The position numbers and the translations under genes were made by a program. This document shows, in pieces, positions 5,404 to 7,729 of a stretch of DNA of 7,729 bases. The stretch covers positions 1-7,729 of the forward strand of contig JAUWPK010000170.1 of NCBI GenBank assembly GCA_030611625.1, given 5' to 3'. Below the pieces are notes generated by a model. That model was not told where the DNA came from. It ran no database searches and was given only the letters and a program-made list of their open reading frames with translations. Source of the stretch: Promethearchaeum sp. (GTDB taxonomy: Archaea > Asgardarchaeota > Lokiarchaeia > Sigyniarchaeales > Promethearchaeaceae). Every line of letters begins with the position of its first letter. Positions within the stretch are counted from its first letter, which is position 1.

Positions 5404-7344
5404 TTATTCATTTACTTCGATGAAGGCAAGAATTATTTGAAAGTCCATTAAAATCTCGCGGTTTTCTGTAGGGATGTTGGATAATTCTTTGATATTGGTC
5501 AGGAGCTGGTTGTAGATATCCATTTTTTGCTGCCGGATTTCTTTTGTGATTAGTTTCTGCTGGTATTCCTGCTTGAGAACTTTAGGGATGTCAGCAATGA
5601 GTTCGTGTATCATTTCGGGGTGTTTAAAATATTTTTCATCTTCCCCAATAGTGATTACGAACTCACGGTTGAGGTACCAAATGCGTTTCCCGATCTGATT
5701 GATGATAAGTGAGAGGGCGTATAATTTTTGAAATCGGTTCCAATATTCCCTCAACATTTCGGAAGTTCGTTGAAATTCGGACAGAGTTTCGTTACTAAGG
5801 AGATCTTTCTTAAAGGGAATAATGGCATTCCACATTTGCTGCAATAATTGGATAACAATAAATAGTATACGGCTAGCAATAACCACTTCTTCACTGCGTC
5901 CGGTAAATATTGCTTCAACGCTCCATTGAACAGTCATTTCTTCCAACCCATTATAGATTTGTGAAAAAATCCGATTTCTTTCGGACAGAGATTGAATCGC
6001 TTGTTCTTCCCGGGTTTTCTGTTTGATGATCCTCTTTAACTCGGTCCAATCTGATTCATAGAGCCTATACAACTTAAGCTTTGTATCGAAATAGATGTCG
6101 GAAATGTTAATTTTTTGGGTTGAGGAAGTGGCGGTTATATCTTTGAGGTGGATACCAGCCTTTTCACAAATCTCCACATCATATAGAGGGATAGCCGCGC
6201 GGAACCCTTTAGCAAAGAGATCTGCTGTGATTGTATTGGTTTTTCGGATAATGGATTCGAAATATGCGGTGATTTTTTGGAGTGTACCACTAAACTCATG
6301 AGTGATTTCATATTTTTCATCCCAGAGGTCGATTATTTGAGCCTTGATCAGAATAAGGCCGGAGTTACTAAATACGGTAGTCATTTCTCCACATTCCGCC
6401 AACTCGACCTTATTAACTCCGAGTAACTGAATTTCATAGGGTTGACCCAAGAAATTGAAAATTTTTTCCAAAGTTTCCACTCCGAGTTCCATCTTTAATT
6501 CCAAAGATTTATTGATAATTTCGACTTTTAATTGAGCTTGCTGGTCATCATTGACTTTTTTCAGTTCGATACTTTTCAAGAGACGTTGCTGAAGAAGGAT
6601 AATTTGGGTGGATGTGCTGAGGGCTTCAAGAATGGAGTTAAGTTGGCTCTTAAATTTGGATTCATATTCGGTTTTGCACAGCATTGTAAGTAAAGACATG
6701 GTATACGTGAGTAAACCATCATATTGATTGAAGATCTTGTGAATCAGCTCGCCAGTCAATTCACTCATAAAAAGCAGTTCTTTGATATTGATGTGTTCGA
6801 TCTGTCTAATTTTATCTTTCAATTGGTCTTCAACGCCAAAAACTATCCCTAATAGGTTGGAAAAAGTTTTAGCTGTTTTCAATTGATTGTAGAGATGAGG
6901 AGCTTCGTTGATTATATATTTAAATACTCCTTCAAAATTGGTGATTTTGCGGTTCTCATTCTTCTTGAAAGTTTTAATTTCATCCTTAAGGGCTTCAAGG
7001 TTGGCTTGAGAGATATTAATTGGCAATGCATAATCTATTGGAAGGGAAAGATCCTCAACAGAGAGTTTAATTATGATAATTTCGCCGATTTTAATCATAC
7101 CATACAGTTTATAGATTAATGCATCGGTGATGTCTTCGGTAACCAACAAAGAGCCCATACGGGCATAAATTTGACTCAAGAAGTTGATTTGTTTTAAATT
7201 TTCATAAATCCCTCCGAATTTATTTTCTGCTGAGAAATAATGCTCCAAAAGTTGGTTGGAGAGTAATCGAACCTTTTCATTCTCAGTAGAGGATGCTAAT
7301 GATGATATAAAACGTTTTAACTGATTTGATCGAATAGAAAACAT
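5404..7344 (-). CDS. Large hypothetical protein (646 aa), no recognisable domain or motif
   Basis: An uninterrupted 1941-nt ORF in stop-rich AT-rich DNA. ATG at 7342-7344, TAA at 5404-5406. Looks mostly helical with a central alpha/beta stretch. No Walker A, no Cys/His cluster (3 Cys in total), no signal peptide, no clear TM segment. Confidence 0.85.
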   Translation of the reverse strand: MFSIRSNQLKRFISSLASSTENEKVRLLSNQLLEHYFSAENKFGGIYENLKQINFLSQIYARMGSLLVTEDITDALIYKLYGMIKIGEIIIIKLSVEDLSLPIDYALPINISQANLEALKDEIKTFKKNENRKITNFEGVFKYIINEAPHLYNQLKTAKTFSNLLGIVFGVEDQLKDKIRQIEHINIKELLFMSELTGELIHKIFNQYDGLLTYTMSLLTMLCKTEYESKFKSQLNSILEALSTSTQIILLQQRLLKSIELKKVNDDQQAQLKVEIINKSLELKMELGVETLEKIFNFLGQPYEIQLLGVNKVELAECGEMTTVFSNSGLILIKAQIIDLWDEKYEITHEFSGTLQKITAYFESIIRKTNTITADLFAKGFRAAIPLYDVEICEKAGIHLKDITATSSTQKINISDIYFDTKLKLYRLYESDWTELKRIIKQKTREEQAIQSLSERNRIFSQIYNGLEEMTVQWSVEAIFTGRSEEVVIASRILFIVIQLLQQMWNAIIPFKKDLLSNETLSEFQRTSEMLREYWNRFQKLYALSLIINQIGKRIWYLNREFVITIGEDEKYFKHPEMIHELIADIPKVLKQEYQQKLITKEIRQQKMDIYNQLLTNIKELSNIPTENREILMDFQIILAFIEVNE

Positions 7345-7475
7345 AGATTTAGGTTACCACCAAACACTGAATGTATTTCTATATGAATAGCCAACTTAAA
7401 GTAAATAATTGTTTCTAAAGCGATTGAAAATTTTTTTTAAATTAAATTTAATTTTGTGATTTTGCAAGGATAACC

Positions 7476-7487
7476 TTTATGTATTTT
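7476..7487 (+). promoter_or_regulatory. TATA-like TTTATGTATTTT about 27 nt upstream of the HdrC-like ATG (possible leaderless transcript)
   Basis: Based on position relative to the ATG at 7507. No SD lies between. Weak in an AT-rich context. Confidence 0.3.
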
Positions 7488-7506
7488 CATTTTACTTAAT
7501 TTCACA

Positions 7507-7729
7507 ATGCTCACTACATTTAATTCAGTTATTAATGAATATATTTCAGAGTGCAAAAACTGCGGTCAATGTAACTTAAGTTGTCCAACACATTTAATCG
7601 GATTATTCAATCCTCTTGGCTTACTTCGCGATTTAGAGATGAATTGTGATAATCTAGAGATCGTTTTAAAGAATCAGTCAATTTTTAACTGTGTGGCATG
7701 TAATCGGTGTATGGTAAATTGTCCTACAC
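7507..7729 (+). CDS. HdrC/GlpC-like helical-ferredoxin protein with two CxxCxxCxxxCP motifs, 3'-truncated by the window edge
   Basis: Not in the ORF track because no stop falls in the window. ATG at 7507; an upstream in-frame mini-ORF ends in TAA. Translation: MLTTFNSVINEYISECKNCGQCNLSCPTHLIGLFNPLGLLRDLEMNCDNLEIVLKNQSIFNCVACNRCMVNCPT. The layout C-x2-C-x2-C-x3-CP ... 'IF.C..C..C...CP' parallels heterodisulfide reductase subunit C (CFQCGTCTGSCP...LWMCTTCYSCQERCP). The same fold occurs in GlpC/GlcF/LldF-type proteins. Confidence 0.7.
   Translation, partial: MLTTFNSVINEYISECKNCGQCNLSCPTHLIGLFNPLGLLRDLEMNCDNLEIVLKNQSIFNCVACNRCMVNCPT

Noticed and set aside
6095-6301. 68-aa plus-strand ORF antisense to the 646-aa gene
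   Set aside because: Embedded in the most G/C-rich part of the long ORF, where stops are rarer. No RBS or promoter and no motif. Shadow ORF.
6135-6320. 61-aa minus-strand ORF in an alternative frame of the 646-aa gene
   Set aside because: Same strand, different frame, and entirely inside the 1941-nt ORF. It sits in the same locally G/C-rich segment. No independent signals.
6883-7119. 78-aa plus-strand ORF antisense to the 646-aa gene
   Set aside because: Antisense shadow ORF with no start context and no recognisable features.
5404-7344. Bulk G+C elevation of the 646-aa gene as direct evidence of a genomic island
   Set aside because: Hand counts of 60-nt lines give about 38% for this gene versus about 29-37% for neighbours, and the housekeeping-type ACAD gene is also about 37%. 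Bulk G+C alone is not discriminating. Only the third-position skew is retained as a finding. No integrase, tRNA target or flanking direct repeats were seen.
1-7729. CRISPR arrays, tRNA genes, IS elements/terminal inverted repeats, known defence genes
   Set aside because: I scanned both strands by eye. There are no regularly spaced 25-40-nt repeats, no tRNA T-arm (GGTTCGAATCC-like) signatures, no transposase or integrase motifs, and no nuclease or NTPase defence hallmarks. Short repeated strings such as AATTTGAAAAAA (near 1050 and near 1447) are consistent with chance in AT-rich coding DNA.

Overview
AT-rich window that reads as an archaeal chromosome. The lineage is inference only; an AT-rich Asgard/Lokiarchaeia-like genome is a guess. 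Support for archaeal origin: a stand-alone 5S rRNA gene (4602-4719) with a BRE/TATA element about 25 nt upstream, hairpin-less oligo-T terminators, GGTGA/GAGGGAG ribosome-binding sites or apparently leaderless starts, and an HdrC-like gene. Gene order: 5'-truncated acyl-CoA dehydrogenase (+); alkyltransferase-like (ATL) protein with a PWHRV motif (+); a convergent single-domain CheY-like response regulator preceded by two overlapping small ORFs (-); a ~600-bp gap with no ORF above threshold; a small signal-peptide protein (+); a 383-aa internally duplicated Lrp/AsnC-like regulator (+); 5S rRNA (+); a PNPOx-like FMN-binding protein (+); a 646-aa ORFan (-); and the 5' end of an HdrC/GlpC-like di-[4Fe-4S] protein (+). 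I saw no CRISPR array, tRNA, transposase/integrase or recognisable defence gene. Most worth a second look: (1) the 646-aa motif-less protein, whose synonymous-codon composition differs from its neighbours; (2) the secreted-small-protein plus tandem-duplicated regulator cassette, with phased direct repeats upstream; (3) the two overlapping small ORFs upstream of an orphan TTG-initiated response regulator; (4) the large gap, which holds sub-threshold ORFs on both strands; (5) the orphan 5S gene with a duplicated promoter module. No function for a novel system can be proven from sequence alone. All functional ideas below are labelled as inference.
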